34,102 nt of DNA from Myxococcales bacterium (GTDB lineage: Bacteria; Myxococcota_A; UBA9042; JABWCM01; BTVJ01), in contig BTVJ01000080.1 of assembly GCA_045863395.1 (NCBI GenBank), forward strand, positions 1 through 34,102. Reading direction: 5' to 3'. The notes under the pieces were generated by a model. That model was not told the origin of the DNA, searched no databases, and saw only the letters and a list, made by a program, of their open reading frames with translations. The first letter of the stretch is position 1. The number at the start of each line of letters is the position of its first letter. Positions 33,433 through 34,102 of the stretch are shown here, piece after piece. The translations under genes were made by a program, and so were the position numbers.

Positions 33433-34102
33433 ATGGGATGGGCGGCAAGGTGCGACCGTGGGGCCGTGGCTCTCCTGATTCTGCTCGTGGCGTGCGGTGA
33501 CGGGGCGGCTGGTACAGGGGGGGACGATGCCGACGTCGTTGGGGCCACGGCAGACGGTGCTGGAACCTCCGGCACGGGTGGTGCGGGAGACGGTGGGGGC
33601 CCGGGGTGGGATACCGCGGTCGATGCCGGCCTCGTCGGCGGCACGAAGGACTCGGCCACGGTCGAGGATGTGTGGCAGGCCGCAGACGGCGATGTGGAGC
33701 CCGGGGAGGATGCGGGCAGCACGCTGGAGGACGCTCCGGCAGACGACGTCGGACAGGGCGAGACAGACTCCGGGGAAGAGGATGGGGACGCGGGGGTGGT
33801 GACTGACGGGGGGAAAGACGAGGATGTGGACGCAGGGCAGACCTCGCCCGACGTGGGTGACGACACGCAGACGGAGCCCTGCGAGGCCGCCTGCGACGAT
33901 GACGACCCCTGCACCGTCGACGTCTGTTTCGGCCCCTCCGGCTGCGTGCACCAGCCACTGCCCTGTGACGACGGGGACGCGTGTACGGCGGACTCGTGCT
34001 CCCCGGCGAAGGGCTGCGTCTCTGCGGATATCTCCGGGGCCTGCGACGACGGCGACGCGTGCACGGCGGACTCGTGCGAGGCTGTGGGCGGGTGCGTCTC
34101 CG
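33433..34102 (+). CDS. Lipoprotein with acidic linker and CDDGDxCTxDxC repeats, runs off the right edge
   Basis: Manual translation (not in the ORF track): MGWAARCDRGAVALLILLVAC-GDGAAG...CDDDDPCTVDVC...CDDGDACTADSC...CDDGDACTADSC; GGAGG RBS at 33421. Confidence 0.82.
   Translation, partial: MGWAARCDRGAVALLILLVACGDGAAGTGGDDADVVGATADGAGTSGTGGAGDGGGPGWDTAVDAGLVGGTKDSATVEDVWQAADGDVEPGEDAGSTLEDAPADDVGQGETDSGEEDGDAGVVTDGGKDEDVDAGQTSPDVGDDTQTEPCEAACDDDDPCTVDVCFGPSGCVHQPLPCDDGDACTADSCSPAKGCVSADISGACDDGDACTADSCEAVGGCVS
33892..34077 (+). repeat. Coding Cys-rich repeats, three copies starting at 33892, 33964 and 34042
   Basis: Copies 2 and 3 read TGYGACGACGGSGACGCGTGYACGGCGGACTCGTGC; copy 1 is more divergent. 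Confidence 0.8.

Noticed and set aside
33892..34077. Spaced ~36-nt repeats as a CRISPR array
   Set aside because: In-frame coding repeats with synonymous variation inside a lipoprotein gene; no cas genes.

Overview
High-GC, Myxococcota-like chromosomal window, judged from the Pkn-type kinase with PEGA domains, a PP2C phosphatase, Cys-rich lipoproteins and a CorE-like sigma factor. From left to right it holds a partial PP2C phosphatase (-), uvrA with a candidate SOS box (+) and a membrane Ser/Thr kinase (+). Next is a ~12.8 kb minus-strand contractile-injection-system (eCIS/Afp/PVC-like) tail module. It encodes a cap, two sheaths, two tubes, a tail-assembly chaperone pair with a phage-type -1 slippery site, a 1573-aa low-complexity protein, a LysM tube initiator and a gp27/GpD-like hub. 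No spike, baseplate wedge, fibre or ATPase gene is present. A bacterial-microcompartment satellite operon follows (two BMC-P genes and a class II aldolase with an encapsulation peptide), then a housekeeping block (M16 peptidase, pfkA, ndh, mscS, EamA). A 45-aa, 13-Cys metallothionein-like gene sits in an apparent operon with a CorE-like ECF sigma factor behind an ECF-type promoter. The window ends with several Cys-rich lipoproteins, one carrying a thrombospondin type-1 repeat. The strongest leads are the split eCIS module (candidate G/GT frameshift, giant motif-repeat protein, long intergenic hairpin) and the metallothionein/CorE-like cassette. All family calls come from motif recognition by eye; no database searches were run.
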